Made by a program: the position numbers and the translations under genes. 42,238 bases of DNA from an uncultured Gammaproteobacteria bacterium (GTDB lineage: Bacteria; Pseudomonadota; Gammaproteobacteria; Halothiobacillales; Halothiobacillaceae). Each line of letters starts with the position of its first letter. Position 1 is the stretch's first letter. Under the pieces are notes generated by a model. That model was not told the origin of the DNA and did no database searches. It saw only the letters and a list, made by a program, of their open reading frames with translations. Shown piece by piece: positions 17,845-28,173 of this stretch. Location: positions 1-42,238 of the forward strand of contig CALKWL010000339.1 in NCBI GenBank assembly GCA_938004235.1. Reading direction: 5' to 3'.

Positions 17845-18453
17845 TTACGACTTGATCGCCATGCTGACCGTGTAATCCTTGCCTTGCTTGACCTTGTCAT
17901 AATTGCCGAACATTTCCACCAGGGTGCGTTTGAAGAATTCACGCAGACCGGAGATGGTGACGAGCACGATGCGCCCGCCGGGTTTCATGTGGGCGCGGGC
18001 GTCGTCGAGCATGATGTAGAGCATTTCCTTGCCGACCTTGGCGGGGACATTGGATACGATAATGTCGAATGTGCGCTCTGCTGGAATCTGGGCAAGGCCG
18101 TTGCTGAGCATGGCTTCGGCGTTAGGGGTGCGGTTGAGTTCGATGTTTTTGCGCGTGTAGTCCACGGCGACGAAGTCCTTGTCCACCATGAGGGTGCGAC
18201 CCTGGGGGGCAAGGCTGGCGAGGGTGAGACCGATGGGGCCGTAGCCGCAGCCGATGTCGAGAATGTCGTCGCCAGGCTTGATGTCGATCTGACCGTCTTC
18301 AAATTGCTTGAGCAAAAGCCATGTGCCGCTGTCGATTTCGCGCGGTGAAAATAACCCCCAGGTGGTGCAAAAGCGCAGTTTTTGTCCGGCCAACGTGGTG
18401 TCGATGGCGTTGTCCTGGCGCCATTGGGCGATGAGTTGCGGGTCGATGCTCAT
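17845..18453 (-). CDS. Class I SAM-dependent methyltransferase (RsmC-like small domain)
   Basis: GLFSPREIDSGT, ILDIGCGYGPIG, FDIIVSNVP; ATG overlaps the zur stop. Confidence 0.9.
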   Translation of the reverse strand: MSIDPQLIAQWRQDNAIDTTLAGQKLRFCTTWGLFSPREIDSGTWLLLKQFEDGQIDIKPGDDILDIGCGYGPIGLTLASLAPQGRTLMVDKDFVAVDYTRKNIELNRTPNAEAMLSNGLAQIPAERTFDIIVSNVPAKVGKEMLYIMLDDARAHMKPGGRIVLVTISGLREFFKRTLVEMFGNYDKVKQGKDYTVSMAIKS

Positions 18454-18920
18454 GAGCGGGTTGCCTCCTGGCAGTGGGCGCACAGGCCGTGGATTTCGAG
18501 GTGGGTGTGGCTGGCCTTGAAGCCGCTTGCGTGCAGCGCGTCTTGCAGCGTCGCGTCCAGTGCCGGGTTTGCAAGCTCACTGATTTGACCACATTGGGTG
18601 CAGATCAGCAGGCGCACGTCATGCGGGTTATGGGCGCCGGTGCAGCCGACAAAAGCATTCAGGCTGTCCACGCGGTGGATCAGGCCGTGCTCCAGTAGAA
18701 AATCGAGGGCGCGGTACACGGTCGGCGGCTTGACCAGGTGGTCTTCGGTGGACAGACGACTGATGAGGTCATAGGCCTTGACGGCAGCATGGCTTGCGCA
18801 CACCAGTTCAAGCACGCGGCGGCGCAACGGGGTCAGTCTTGCGCCCTGGCTTTGGCACAGGGCTTCGGCATGTTCGAGCGCTTGCGTGAGGCAGAGCGTG
18901 TGGTGATTACAGTGCGACAT
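18450..18920 (-). CDS. zur: Fur-family regulator, Zur-like
   Basis: RLTPLRRRVLEL, KAYDL, PPTVYRALDFL, HRVDSLNAFVGC, CTQC and CAHC. Confidence 0.85.
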   Translation of the reverse strand: MSHCNHHTLCLTQALEHAEALCQSQGARLTPLRRRVLELVCASHAAVKAYDLISRLSTEDHLVKPPTVYRALDFLLEHGLIHRVDSLNAFVGCTGAHNPHDVRLLICTQCGQISELANPALDATLQDALHASGFKASHTHLEIHGLCAHCQEATRS

Positions 18921-19046
18921 GGGGTGGCAGCTTGGCTCAAATGCGTGATTCGGGCAAGCCATGCGCTGCGTTCTATAAACCCGGCAGTGGGTTAGATAAA
19001 AAACTTGCGTGAGTGTGCGAGGCGGCAACACCCTAGAATGAATGCT

Positions 19047-19241
19047 CTAGCCGCCTGTTGGGCTGGAGGTGATCTGGCTGCAAAAGCTTGTGGAATCCAT
19101 CCATGGATCCCGCCCTTAGTCAGGCTGTCGAAATACTTGTTTCAGCAGCCTGACTAAGGGCGGGACATGGGTGTCCCGCACGCAATCTGTCCTCGGTCGG
19201 CGACTTTTTCGCTTCAGCCGTTCAAGTCCACAGGCTGCTGG
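19047..19241. mobile_element. Composite element: family C-like ends enclosing family A hairpins (copy 2)
   Basis: Ends ctagccgcctgttgggctgga / tcaagtccacaggctgctgg resemble the ctagcagcctgtcggactt terminus; internal 20-bp perfect-arm hairpin 19108-19165 and gggacatgggtgtcccgcacgcaa. Confidence 0.7.
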
Positions 19242-19274
19242 CGCTTAACTTATAAAAATTACGGGAGGTGGGTC

Positions 19275-20312
19275 ATGACAGAGCAATATGCAGGTGTTGA
19301 AGCGCGTCGGAGTTTTTTGCGCACGGTCGCCAGCGCGGCCGCGGTGGGCGTGTTGAGTCTGCCCACGCTTGCGCCCCTGCAAGCGTTCGCCAAGGAGATG
19401 GACATGGTGGTGAAGGGGCCGCCCGTACCCGACATTCCTGCTACGAAGATTGGGGAGCATACCTATGTGGTGATTGCTCCGGACGGTTTTCCAAATGCCA
19501 AAAACCAAGGGTTGATGAGTAATGTCAGCTTTGTGGTGACGCAAAAAGGCGTGGTGATTTTGGACTCAGGCGCGTCCACGCAAATTGGCGACATGGCGCT
19601 GCGTCAAATTAAAAAGGTGACCAACAAGCCGATTATTGCGGTATTCAACACGCACTATCACGGCGACCATTGGCTTGGAAATCATGCGTTTGTCGAGGCG
19701 AACAAGGAGGTGCCGATTTACGCGCACGCGCTCACCATGTCGGCGATCAAGTCCGGGCAGGGTGAGTATTGGGTCAAGCTGATGGAGCGCTCGACTGATA
19801 ATGCAACCATCGGCACGGTCGTGACCCCGCCGAACAAGGAAGTAAAGCATGGTGACGAATTCAAGTACGGCGACGTAACCATTCGCTGTCTGCATTATGG
19901 TACGGCGCATACGCCAGCAGATGTGTGCTTCGAGGTCGTCGAGGATCGTATCGTGCACGTCGGTGATGTGGCCATGGATCGGCGTATCGCCTTTATGGAG
20001 GATGGCTCGTATCTTGGGACATTCAAAACCTACGATGAGCTGGAGAAACTCCAGCCCAAGGTGAAGGTGTGGTTGCCAGGGCACGGTCTTCCGGGGGCGA
20101 ACGTACTTAAAGACAACCGTGAGCTGTTCGAGGGCATTTACGGCGCCTGTGTTGAGGCGGTCAAGCAGGGCAAGCCGCTGGAGCAGGCCAAAATCATGGT
20201 GCTGGCCGATCCCCGCGTGAAAAAATGGGCACCGGTCACCAAGGGCTTCGAGGAGAATATCGGCAACTACACCATCCTGGCCTATACCGAGGCGGAACAG
20301 GCGAATTTTTAA
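19275..20312 (+). CDS. Tat-exported MBL-fold metallohydrolase, SoxH-like
   Basis: RRSFL twin-arginine signal; NTHYHGDHWLGN; AHT..D; PGHG; RBS ggagg before ATG 19275. Confidence 0.8.
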   Translation: MTEQYAGVEARRSFLRTVASAAAVGVLSLPTLAPLQAFAKEMDMVVKGPPVPDIPATKIGEHTYVVIAPDGFPNAKNQGLMSNVSFVVTQKGVVILDSGASTQIGDMALRQIKKVTNKPIIAVFNTHYHGDHWLGNHAFVEANKEVPIYAHALTMSAIKSGQGEYWVKLMERSTDNATIGTVVTPPNKEVKHGDEFKYGDVTIRCLHYGTAHTPADVCFEVVEDRIVHVGDVAMDRRIAFMEDGSYLGTFKTYDELEKLQPKVKVWLPGHGLPGANVLKDNRELFEGIYGACVEAVKQGKPLEQAKIMVLADPRVKKWAPVTKGFEENIGNYTILAYTEAEQANF

Positions 20313-20445
20313 GAGCCCGTTCAAAGTCTCACTGACCGGCGCTTTGCGGCGCAAAAAACCGCCTCAAAGTGCGTATATGCTGCGCTTTTCCGGCGGTTTT
20401 TCGCGTGCACTGCATCCGTTGATCGAGGCTTTGAACAGGCTCTGA
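20310..20445 (-). mobile_element. MITE family D, copy 2 (inverted, small internal deletion)
   Basis: Reverse complement aligns along its length with 17195-17343; its end overlaps the TAA stop of the MBL gene. Confidence 0.88.
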
Positions 20446-20479
20446 TTTCCTTGGTTCGCGGATTCATATTTTCGTGCTT

Positions 20480-20505
20480 AACGCCGCCGTGTCGCGGCGT
20501 TTTTT
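20480..20505 (+). terminator. Rho-independent terminator
   Basis: aacgccgc-cgtgtc-gcggcgtt followed by a T run. Confidence 0.7.
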
Positions 20506-20523
20506 GTTTTGTCGGCTCTGCTG

Positions 20524-20558
20524 GCAGTCAGTTCGCCTCAAGTCCGACAGGCTGCTAG
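20524..20558. repeat. Solo end of MITE family C
   Basis: aagtccgacaggctgctag is the exact reverse complement of the left end (40462-40480) of the birA insert. Confidence 0.75.
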
Positions 20559-20594
20559 ACTCGCTCGTCAATGTTATCGACGCATATTCTTATC

Positions 20595-22226
20595 ATGACC
20601 ACTGCTGAACTCGTGATTCGCTGCCTTGAGGCCGAGGGCGTTGAAACCATTTTTGGCGTTCCCGGGGAAGAAAATCTCGACTTGCTCGATGCCCTGCTGG
20701 ACAGCTCCATTCGTTTTATTCCCACGCGCCATGAGCAGGGGGCGGCATTTATGGCCGATGTGCACGGTCGCCTTACGGGGCGTGCCGGGGTATGTCTGGC
20801 GACCCTGGGGCCGGGGGCGACCAATCTGATTACTGGCGTGGCGGATGCGAACATGGATCACGCGCCGCTGGTGGCGATTGCCGGACAGGCTTCGACTGAG
20901 CGTCTGCACAAGGAGTCGCACCAGGTGCTTGACCTGGTGGAGATGTTCCGCCCGATTACCAAGTACTCGACCCGCGTTTTGACGCCCGCGACCGTGCCGG
21001 AAACCATCCGCAAAGCGTTTAAGCTGGCGCAGGCCTCCAAGCCGGGAGCCGCCTTTATCGAGCTACCGGAAAATATCGCCGAGATGCCCGCTGAGGGCGT
21101 GCCGCTGCACTCGGGTGAAGAGCACCGTCCGGGACCGACAGAGCACACGGTTGTTGCCGCGGCCAGGCTGATTTCGCAGGCGGAGAACCCGATCATTCTT
21201 GCGGGCAATGGCGTGATTCGCGCCGGCGCGCATGAGGCGCTGGCGGCGTTTGCCGAGCAGTTGAATGTCCCTGTGGCCAATACGTTCATGGCCAAGGGGG
21301 TTATTCCGTTCAAACACCCTATGGCGCTGGGCAGCGTGGGCTTGCAGGCCAAGGATTACGTCGGCGTCGGCTTTGACCATGCGGATCTGATTATCGCTAT
21401 CGGTTATGACATCGTGGAGTATCACCCGCACCTGTGGCATCCCACGCGGGATCGCGCCATTTTGCATATCGACGATTCCCCTGCCGAAGTCGATGCGCAT
21501 TACGGCGTGACGTTGGAAGTTCTGGGAGACATTGGATTAAGTCTGGAGCGCATCGCCCTGCGCGCTAAACCGCATGAAGGTCAGGCCATGCGCCCGCTGC
21601 GCGATATGCTCAAGGCCGATATGAGTGAGCATGCGCGCGATACCCTGTGGCCGATGAAGCCGCAAAAGCTGATCTGGGATCTGCGTACCGCACTGGATTT
21701 GCATGACATCGTGATTTCCGACGTGGGGGCGCACAAAATGTGGTTGGCGCGCATGTTCCGCTGCGAGTTTCCCAATACCTGCCTGATCTCCAATGGCTTT
21801 GCCAGCATGGGCATTGCTCTGCCCGGTGCGATTGCCGCCAAGCTGGCTTGCCCGGAGCGTACCGTGGTTGCGGCAACTGGGGACGGAGGCTTCCTGATGA
21901 ACGTACAGGAACTGGAAACCGCCGTGCGTCTGAAAACGCCGATGATCGTGCTGATCTGGAATGATAGCGGCTATGGCTTGATTGAATGGAAGCAAATGGC
22001 GCAGTTCGGGCGTCCAGCCTTCGTTAAATTCGGCAACCCGGACTTCGTCAAGCTGGCGGAATCGTTCGGCGCGCGCGGTTACCGCATTGAGCCGGGTATG
22101 TCGCTGCAAGATGTGTTGCGCGAGGCTGTGGCCAGCAATGAGGTCTGTGTGATTGATGTGCCGGTGGATTACAGCGAAAACCTCAAGCTCACCGCGCGTT
22201 TGGGTGAAATGATTTCACCGATGTAG
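20595..22226 (+). CDS. Acetolactate synthase large subunit-like ThDP enzyme
   Basis: FGVPGEEN, RHEQGAAFMA, TLGPGATN, GDGGFLMN..ELETA..WND ThDP motif; no adjacent small subunit. Confidence 0.92.
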   Translation: MTTAELVIRCLEAEGVETIFGVPGEENLDLLDALLDSSIRFIPTRHEQGAAFMADVHGRLTGRAGVCLATLGPGATNLITGVADANMDHAPLVAIAGQASTERLHKESHQVLDLVEMFRPITKYSTRVLTPATVPETIRKAFKLAQASKPGAAFIELPENIAEMPAEGVPLHSGEEHRPGPTEHTVVAAARLISQAENPIILAGNGVIRAGAHEALAAFAEQLNVPVANTFMAKGVIPFKHPMALGSVGLQAKDYVGVGFDHADLIIAIGYDIVEYHPHLWHPTRDRAILHIDDSPAEVDAHYGVTLEVLGDIGLSLERIALRAKPHEGQAMRPLRDMLKADMSEHARDTLWPMKPQKLIWDLRTALDLHDIVISDVGAHKMWLARMFRCEFPNTCLISNGFASMGIALPGAIAAKLACPERTVVAATGDGGFLMNVQELETAVRLKTPMIVLIWNDSGYGLIEWKQMAQFGRPAFVKFGNPDFVKLAESFGARGYRIEPGMSLQDVLREAVASNEVCVIDVPVDYSENLKLTARLGEMISPM

Positions 22227-22239
22227 TCGCGGGCACGGA

Positions 22240-23025
22240 ATGAATAGACACGATTCTTCTGCACACGCATCTTATCTGCGCGTGCTGAGCTACAACATTC
22301 AGGTTGGCATTGCCAGCCGCGCTTACCACGATTATTTGCGCAATAGCTGGAAACATGTGTTGCCCAGTCGCGAGCGTTCCGGAAATCTGGACAACATTGC
22401 ACAGACGCTGGAACGCTACGATATCGTCGGCTTGCAGGAAGTGGATGCGGGTAGTCTGCGCAGCCAGTACATCAATCAGACGGAATACCTCGCCGCACGC
22501 GCCGGGCTACCCTTCTGGCGTCACCAGACCAATCGTGATTTCGGGCATCTGGCCAAGCATAGCCTGGGCTTGCTGGCGCGCTATACGCCGTATGTGGTGG
22601 AGCATCACGCGTTGCCGGGCGTCGTGCCCGGGCGAGGCGTGATGCTGGCCTATTTTGGTTGCGGCAAAGCGCGTCTGGCTGTGGCAGTGATGCACTTGGC
22701 GCTGGGGCGTGGAGCGCGCTTCAAGCAGATGGCCTTTGTGGCCGAGTTGTTGCGCCACGAGCCTCATGCGATCTTGATGGGCGATTTCAATTGTCTGCCG
22801 CATTCGCCGGAGATGCGCATGTTGCAACAGCGCACGGGATTGCACCTGCCTGAACAGGAACTGCACACCTTTCCGAGCTGGCGACCGAACCGCATGATCG
22901 ACTATATCCTTCTGAGTCCCAGCCTGCGCGTGCACAAGGCCGAGGCTTTGCCCCTAGCGCACTCGGATCATTTGCCCCTAGCGGTGGAAATCGAATGCCC
23001 TCCCGGGTTGTCGCTCGCCGCCTGA
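22240..23025 (+). CDS. Endonuclease/exonuclease/phosphatase (EEP) family protein
   Basis: SYNIQ, GLQEVD, MGDFN, IDYI, SDHLP. Confidence 0.92.
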   Translation: MNRHDSSAHASYLRVLSYNIQVGIASRAYHDYLRNSWKHVLPSRERSGNLDNIAQTLERYDIVGLQEVDAGSLRSQYINQTEYLAARAGLPFWRHQTNRDFGHLAKHSLGLLARYTPYVVEHHALPGVVPGRGVMLAYFGCGKARLAVAVMHLALGRGARFKQMAFVAELLRHEPHAILMGDFNCLPHSPEMRMLQQRTGLHLPEQELHTFPSWRPNRMIDYILLSPSLRVHKAEALPLAHSDHLPLAVEIECPPGLSLAA

Positions 23026-23180
23026 AAGGCTCTGTGCGGCTTGCAATCGGCGTAAGCTCGCCGCAAAATTGCCGAACTTTGAATGTCCGCAAATGAATGT
23101 TCCAAGCGTGTCGGGTCTTTCACGGCTTGATCTTAAGGTGGTTAGTTCCCCGTTTTACGTTCCCATAGAGGAGATACCGC

Positions 23181-23507
23181 GTGAGCGAGAATATTGTTTA
23201 TCTGTCCGATGAAGGCTTTGAGCACGATGTACTCAAAAGCGATATTCCTGTGTTGGTTGATTACTGGGCCGAGTGGTGCGGTCCCTGCCGCATGATTGCG
23301 CCGATCCTGGAAGAAATCGCCAAGGATTACGCGGGGCGCGTCAAGATCGCCAAGCTCAACATTGATGAAAACCCAGGCACGCCGCCGAAGTACGGCATTC
23401 GCGGCATCCCTACCTTGATGTTGTTCAAGAATGGCGCTGTGGCAGCGACCAAGGTTGGGGCGCTCTCCAAATCGCAACTCGCCAGCTTCCTGGACGGTCA
23501 GCTGTAA
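23181..23507 (+). CDS. trxA: Thioredoxin
   Basis: WAEWCGPC; GTG start after aggag; upstream of rho. Confidence 0.97.
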   Translation: MSENIVYLSDEGFEHDVLKSDIPVLVDYWAEWCGPCRMIAPILEEIAKDYAGRVKIAKLNIDENPGTPPKYGIRGIPTLMLFKNGAVAATKVGALSKSQLASFLDGQL

Positions 23508-24012
23508 GCCTGCGCTCCCTGTCCTGCCAGACTGGATCCACGCTATCGACCGCAATGGTTCGGTATTTGGGTCTCGTTCTTGCTCTGTGCGAACACCAAG
23601 CCGCCGAGCGGCTTAAGAAAGTCGGCTGTAAATCGCGCGAGATGGTGTTTGCCTTGCTGTTTTGGGGGGATTTTGGGTGTTGGACTGGATTCATCCTGCA
23701 AAACCCTCAAAATCAGTCCACCGCCAGCCGGTGATGCTTTGTTTTCCGAAGTCCGACGGATTTCTGGACGCGTGATCTTAGTCATGTTATTTTCGGCAAA
23801 CTTCAATCTGTTGAAGTTGAATCGCTCTACAGCGCGCCGACCTCTCGCGGTTCATCTGACCCGCTGTATTCACCCGCTGCTCCAAGCCTATGTTTACCCC
23901 CGGCTCAATGCCTCGGTACGGGTAGCGCGCAAAGCGAGTTCCTCACTCTCCTCCTTGATGCCATGACTCGCTTGGGTCATTGCTCCCCCTCGTTATTGAA
24001 ATTCCACCCTGC

Positions 24013-25269
24013 ATGAATCTTACCGAACTCAAGAAAAAACCTGCCGCCGAACTGTTCGCGCTGGCCGAGTCCCTGGGCATTGAAAATATTGCGCGTGCCC
24101 GTAAACAGGATTTGCTCTTTGTCATTCTTAAGGCGCACGCCAAGACAGGCGAGCCCATTTACAGCGATGGCGTCCTGGAAATCCTTTCGGATGGCTTTGG
24201 CTTTCTGCGCACGCCGAATGACTCCTATCTGGCCGGCCCCGATGATATCTATGTGTCGCCGAGTCAGATCCGCCGTTTCGGTCTGCAAACAGGCGACAGC
24301 GTTTCCGGCACCATTCGCCCACCCAAAGACGGTGAGCGCTATTTCGCCCTGCTCAAAGTTGACACGATCAACTTTGAGCCGCCAGAAAACACCAAGGGTA
24401 AGGTGCTGTTCGAAAACCTGACGCCGCTGCACCCTGAAAAGCGTCTGCGCATGGAGCGCGGCAATGGCAGCACTGAAGATTTGACCGCGCGCATTATCGA
24501 CATCGTCGCACCCATGGGCAAAGGCCAGCGCGGCCTGATTATCGCGCCGCCCAAGGCCGGTAAGACCATGATGTTGCAGAACATTGCGCAGAGCATCACC
24601 GCCAACTACCCCGAGTGCTACCTGATCGTTCTGCTGATTGACGAGCGCCCGGAAGAGGTTACCGAGATGCAGCGCACTGTGCGCGGCGAAGTGATTGCTT
24701 CCACTTTTGATGAACCCGCCACCCGCCATGTGCAAGTCGCCGAAATGGTGATCGACAAGGCCAAGCGCCTGGTCGAGCACAAGCGCGATGTGGTGATCCT
24801 GCTCGACTCCATCACTCGCTTGGCGCGTGCCTACAACATCGTGCAGCCTTCGTCCGGCAAGGTATTGACTGGTGGTGTGGATGCCAACGCCCTGCAAAAG
24901 CCCAAGCGCTTCTTCGGCGCGGCGCGCAATATCGAGGAGGGCGGTTCGCTGACCATTATCGCTACTGCGTTGATTGACACCGGCTCGAAAATGGATGAAG
25001 TGATCTACGAGGAATTCAAGGGCACGGGCAACAGCGAAGTTCACCTCAACCGCAAGTTGGCGGAAAAGCGCGTCTATCCGGCGATCGACATCAACCGTTC
25101 TGGCACCCGTCGCGAAGAGCTGCTGACCGATGCGGAAGAAATGCAGAAGATGTGGATTCTGCGCAAATTCCTGCACACCATGGGTGAAATTGAGTCCATG
25201 GAATTCCTGCTGGATCGCCTGACTAAGACCAAGGCGAATAGCGAATTTTGGGATGCCATGAAACGCTAG
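24013..25269 (+). CDS. rho: Transcription termination factor Rho
   Basis: [48 protein letters not shown]. Confidence 0.99.
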   Translation: MNLTELKKKPAAELFALAESLGIENIARARKQDLLFVILKAHAKTGEPIYSDGVLEILSDGFGFLRTPNDSYLAGPDDIYVSPSQIRRFGLQTGDSVSGTIRPPKDGERYFALLKVDTINFEPPENTKGKVLFENLTPLHPEKRLRMERGNGSTEDLTARIIDIVAPMGKGQRGLIIAPPKAGKTMMLQNIAQSITANYPECYLIVLLIDERPEEVTEMQRTVRGEVIASTFDEPATRHVQVAEMVIDKAKRLVEHKRDVVILLDSITRLARAYNIVQPSSGKVLTGGVDANALQKPKRFFGAARNIEEGGSLTIIATALIDTGSKMDEVIYEEFKGTGNSEVHLNRKLAEKRVYPAIDINRSGTRREELLTDAEEMQKMWILRKFLHTMGEIESMEFLLDRLTKTKANSEFWDAMKR

Positions 25270-25337
25270 TCGTTTCCGACTCTGTGATCGGCTGGACTAG
25301 GAGTATTTCCTCAGAAAGGCAGCAAGCGTTGAACACA

Positions 25338-25973
25338 TTAGACCAGTCCCATTTCGCGCGCCAACAGCGTTGCCTCAGCGCGTGAGGAAACGTTGAGTTT
25401 GCGGTAGATATCTTTCACGTAGCCGGTCACGGTGTGCTGAGAGATACCGAGCAAGCGTGCGCTTCCCGCCGTGGTCATGCCTTTGGCGATAAGTTGCAGC
25501 ACCTCGATTTCGCGTCCGGTCAGGTGTGGCGACGTTGCATCAGGGTTTTGTGTCGGGCTGAAGTGACTCAACATACGGCGAGCGATGGCGGGCGAGATCG
25601 GTGGCTCGTCTGCCGCAATACCCTTTAGCGCGCGTACGATCACGTCTACCGGTTGGTCTTTGAGCAGGTAGCCGCGCGCGCCGGCGCGTAGAGCCGGGAA
25701 TATATGCCTGTCGTCATCGAAAATGCTGGCCACGATACACAGCGATGCCGGACTGTGTAGGTTGATGCTCTGGATCACCTCGATACCTGATCCATCCGGC
25801 AAGCCGAGGTCGATCAGGGCGATTGCGGGGCGCCCGCCGTCGAGGATATAGCGCCGCGCCTCATTCACGCTTGTCGCCGTGTCGATCTCGATGTCGTCGA
25901 AGCTTTGGCGCAAGGCGTGCTCTAGCCAGCGGCGGGATTCGGGCAGGTCATCGAGAATAAATCCGGTTTTCAT
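25338..25973 (-). CDS. NarL/LuxR-family response regulator
   Basis: ILDD, LIDLGLPDGSG, GYLLKD receiver domain; LTGREIEVLQL..YVKDIYRKLNV HTH. Confidence 0.95.
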   Translation of the reverse strand: MKTGFILDDLPESRRWLEHALRQSFDDIEIDTATSVNEARRYILDGGRPAIALIDLGLPDGSGIEVIQSINLHSPASLCIVASIFDDDRHIFPALRAGARGYLLKDQPVDVIVRALKGIAADEPPISPAIARRMLSHFSPTQNPDATSPHLTGREIEVLQLIAKGMTTAGSARLLGISQHTVTGYVKDIYRKLNVSSRAEATLLAREMGLV

Positions 25974-26092
25974 GCGGGCGTTTCCTGGTGTGCTCGTTGC
26001 GAGTGTGCTTGAGAGCGGTTTGTGGCGTGGCAAGCCTTGCAGCGCTTCTGAGTGCAGGTTCCGATAGCATAAGCCTGCGTTTTTTGGGGCGA

Positions 26093-26113
26093 TACCCCGC
26101 ATTTACGGGGGTG
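26093..26113. promoter_or_regulatory. Palindromic putative response-regulator binding site
   Basis: taccccgcatttacgggggtg between divergent RR and HK; similar to 29936-29956. Confidence 0.5.
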
Positions 26114-26164
26114 CGTTTTTTGTCGCATTTTTTGTCACATCCATTCTTTTTCCACTCACGCCTC

Positions 26165-28066
26165 ATGCGCATCCATCTGCTTCTCGCCTGGTTCGTTGTG
26201 GCAATCTGCGGCGTTTCTCAGGCCTATGCCATTACTCTCGCTACGCCGGATGAGCGTGGCATTTTTGTATTACAGCATGCTGATTTCGTGCTTGATGCGG
26301 CTTGCGAGCCGCCTGCGCCGGAGGCAGCCTGGGTTGCGCGCAGCTTGCCTGATTGGTGGGGGTCGAGTCTGCCGGACAACGAGGGCGTTGGCTGGTATCG
26401 AATGCGATTTGAGCTTGAGCGTGAGCCGCATGAGCTTTACTCGATTCTCCTGCCCCGGTTGGGGCTGAATGCTGAGGTCTTCTTGGACGGGGTGAAAATC
26501 GGTAGCGGCGGGCGTTTTGATGAGCCCGTCGCGCGTTATTGGAATCGCCCATTGCTGTTTATTATCCCTCCGGGGTTGCTGCGTGAAGGGACGCATGTTC
26601 TCGACGTGCGTTTGCGCGGTCATGCCTATTCGCAGCCTTTTCTGTTTCCACCGCTGATCGGGGCGGAGCGCGTGCTCAGGGCAAAGTTCGAGGCGCTGAT
26701 TTTTCGTAATGTCACCATCAATCAGGCGGTGAGTCTGATGATTGCGACGATTGGTGTGTTCATGCTCAATCTTTGGCTGCGCCGCCGCCAGGACACGGCC
26801 TATGGACTGTTTGGTCTGTCAGCGCTGATTTGGGGCGCACAATCGACCAACTTGTTCCTGATCGACATTCCCGTGCCGACAGCAGTCTGGGAGATTTTCG
26901 TCAATGCCAGCTTTCAGGCGTTTTCTGCCCTGTTGCTGATTTCGTTGCTGCGTTTTACCGGTGTCGAGACGCGGTGGTTCAGTCGCGCACTCTGGTTAAT
27001 GATGTTGCTCTCGCCGCTGAGCCTGTCCCTGGCATCGCCCGCGCTGTATTTGCCGCTGACCACGTTTTGGCATCTTGGAACCTTGCTCGCCGCGCTGTTT
27101 ACCCTGTTTGTGCTGCTGCGTGAGGGGTTCGTGCGCGGCAATGAGGATGCCCGTCCTCTGGTTGTGGGCATGGGGGTGATAGTCCTGTTCGCGGCTCACG
27201 ACTGGTTGATGCATAGTCAGCATCGTTTATTGAGCGCCTTGCAGCCCGTTTTGCAGGAGGACATCTATCTACTGCAATTCGCTGCGCCGATGCTGTTCTT
27301 TGTTATCGGCCTCATCATGACAGCACGTTATGCGCGTGCCTTGAACGAGTTTGAAGCGCTCAATCGTGGGCTGGAGCGCCTTGTGGACGAGAAGCATGCC
27401 CAGCTTGAAGACAGCTTCCGCAAAATGCGTGTCCTGGAATGTGAGCAGGCCGCACGAGAGGAGCGTGAGCGTATTCACAGCGATCTGCATGATGATGTCG
27501 GTGCCAAGCTTCTTTCATTGGTCTACCGTGCGGGCGATGGTGAAAACGCGGATTTGGCGCGTTCCGCCTTGCAGGATTTGCGCGATATTGTCGCCCGCAC
27601 TCATGCGGAGGGTGTTCAACTGGATGAAGCGTTGGCTGACTGGCGCAGCGAGAGCGAACAGCGTTTGCGGGACGCTGGCCTGGAGCTTGATTGGCAGCAA
27701 GAGTTCGGAGTGGGTGTGGTGGTGGTGCTGCTGCAACACGCTCAGGCGATCAATATGCGGCGAATTTTGCGCGAGGCGGTCTCCAATGCCATTCGTCATG
27801 CGCACGCTGGGCGGTTTGCCGTCGATATCAGGATGGAAGAACGCGCTCTGAGTATTCGTTTGGAAGATGATGGTCTGGGGCTTGCGCTGATGAATGGAAC
27901 GCCTGCTGCGCTTTCGGCAGGACGCGGAATTCAGAGCATGCAAAACCGTGCACGGAAACTGGGTGCCGCGTTACGTTTTTACACAGCGGTAAGTGGTGGA
28001 TTGGGTATTGAGCTTGTTCTGCCGTTGAATGCCACGATGTGCTCGGCTGAGTGCGTTACTGTGTGA
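26165..28066 (+). CDS. Membrane sensor histidine kinase (periplasmic sugar-binding-like domain, ~7 TM, HisKA_3 type)
   Basis: Signal peptide; GWYRMRF beta-sandwich; multiple TMs; ERERIHSDLHDDVG H-box; EAVSNAIRHA; DDGLG; GRGIQSM. Confidence 0.9.
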   Translation: MRIHLLLAWFVVAICGVSQAYAITLATPDERGIFVLQHADFVLDAACEPPAPEAAWVARSLPDWWGSSLPDNEGVGWYRMRFELEREPHELYSILLPRLGLNAEVFLDGVKIGSGGRFDEPVARYWNRPLLFIIPPGLLREGTHVLDVRLRGHAYSQPFLFPPLIGAERVLRAKFEALIFRNVTINQAVSLMIATIGVFMLNLWLRRRQDTAYGLFGLSALIWGAQSTNLFLIDIPVPTAVWEIFVNASFQAFSALLLISLLRFTGVETRWFSRALWLMMLLSPLSLSLASPALYLPLTTFWHLGTLLAALFTLFVLLREGFVRGNEDARPLVVGMGVIVLFAAHDWLMHSQHRLLSALQPVLQEDIYLLQFAAPMLFFVIGLIMTARYARALNEFEALNRGLERLVDEKHAQLEDSFRKMRVLECEQAAREERERIHSDLHDDVGAKLLSLVYRAGDGENADLARSALQDLRDIVARTHAEGVQLDEALADWRSESEQRLRDAGLELDWQQEFGVGVVVVLLQHAQAINMRRILREAVSNAIRHAHAGRFAVDIRMEERALSIRLEDDGLGLALMNGTPAALSAGRGIQSMQNRARKLGAALRFYTAVSGGLGIELVLPLNATMCSAECVTV

Positions 28067-28090
28067 ATCATCTGCGTTTGTGTGGCTCAA

Positions 28091-28120
28091 TAAAAAAGCC
28101 GCATCGTGCGGCTTAACTTT
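28091..28120. terminator. Terminator between convergent HK and lipoprotein genes
   Basis: aaaaaagccgca-tcg-tgcggcttaacttt; T run on the minus strand. Confidence 0.75.
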
Positions 28121-28173
28121 AGCGGGCAATGTTTTTTTACAGCTGTGAAGCTTTGCCCCACGGCTGTATCCGT

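Noticed and set aside
17637-17942. 101-aa ORF containing VRAEPVEARLFDRLRANG
   Set aside because: Translation of the family E palindrome overlapping the methyltransferase 3' end; not a credible gene
19167-19274. Upstream extensions of ORFs (also purC, zur, Anbu, RR, HK, murU, mpl and the persulfide dioxygenase)
   Set aside because: Downstream ATGs with RBS or gene overlap and family-typical N-termini fit better; several extensions run through repeat elements
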